Of a stretch of 63,241 nt of DNA, positions 62,985 through 63,241 are shown piece by piece. A model generated the notes under the pieces. The model did no database searches, had not been told where the DNA came from, and saw only the letters and a list, made by a program, of their open reading frames with translations. Within the stretch, counting starts at the first letter, position 1, and each line of letters begins with the position of its first letter. The stretch covers positions 62,815,131 through 62,878,371 of the forward strand of contig NC_068982.1 of assembly GCF_001194135.2 (NCBI RefSeq). Direction: 5' to 3'. This stretch comes from Octopus bimaculoides (taxonomy: Eukaryota). Both the position numbers and the translations under genes were made by a program.

Positions 62985-63241
62985 TTTCTTTTATTCTTTT
63001 ATTTGTTTCAGTCATTTGACTGCGGCGATGCTGGAGCACCGGCTTTAGTCGAACTCAGGACTTATTCTTTGTAAGCTTAGTACTTATTCTATCGGCCTCT
63101 TTAGCTGAACCGCTACGTTTCGAGGATGTAAACACACCAGTATCGGTTGTCAAACGATGGTTAGGAGGGGACAAATATAGACACACAAACATATACACAC
63201 ATACATACATACATACATACATACATACATACATACATACA
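62985..63241 (-). mobile_element. SINE family A, 3' portion, running off the window end in (CATA)n
   Basis: TTTATTTGTTTCAGTCATTTGACTGCGGCGATGCTGGAGCACC...GTAAACACACCAGTATCGGTTGTCAAACGATGG. Confidence 0.88.

Overview
This is an AT-rich, repeat-saturated animal genomic window from a draft short-read assembly, with about 20 N-gaps totalling roughly 7 kb, most of them bordered by microsatellites. The SINE families and microsatellite load resemble an octopus (coleoid cephalopod) genome; this is recalled, not searched. No intact protein-coding gene, rRNA, true tRNA or CRISPR array is supported, and almost all long ORFs in the track are microsatellite or N artefacts. Supported content: many copies of about 4 tRNA-headed SINE families; four 5'-truncated R4/Dong-type (RLE) LINE pieces; a Tx1/L1-type LINE 3' half; an RTE 3' end; Chapaev3-like and Tigger/pogo transposase remnants; a hAT MITE; a fold-back MITE; and a Helitron-like element. 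Three signals stand out. (1) Retrotransposons appear to target microsatellites: a train of Dong-type copies each embedded in (TAA)n, and a Tx1-type element with (TATC)n at both junctions. (2) Four minimal hammerhead-ribozyme-like motifs of the Penelope-associated, palindromic-stem-III type are present, one with a G3:C8 covariant core. (3) A 19-nt microexon candidate has a ~170-nt AG-free pyrimidine tract, suggesting the window may lie in the long introns of an unidentified + strand gene. Family names come from motif recognition only and need Dfam/Repbase/Rfam confirmation.
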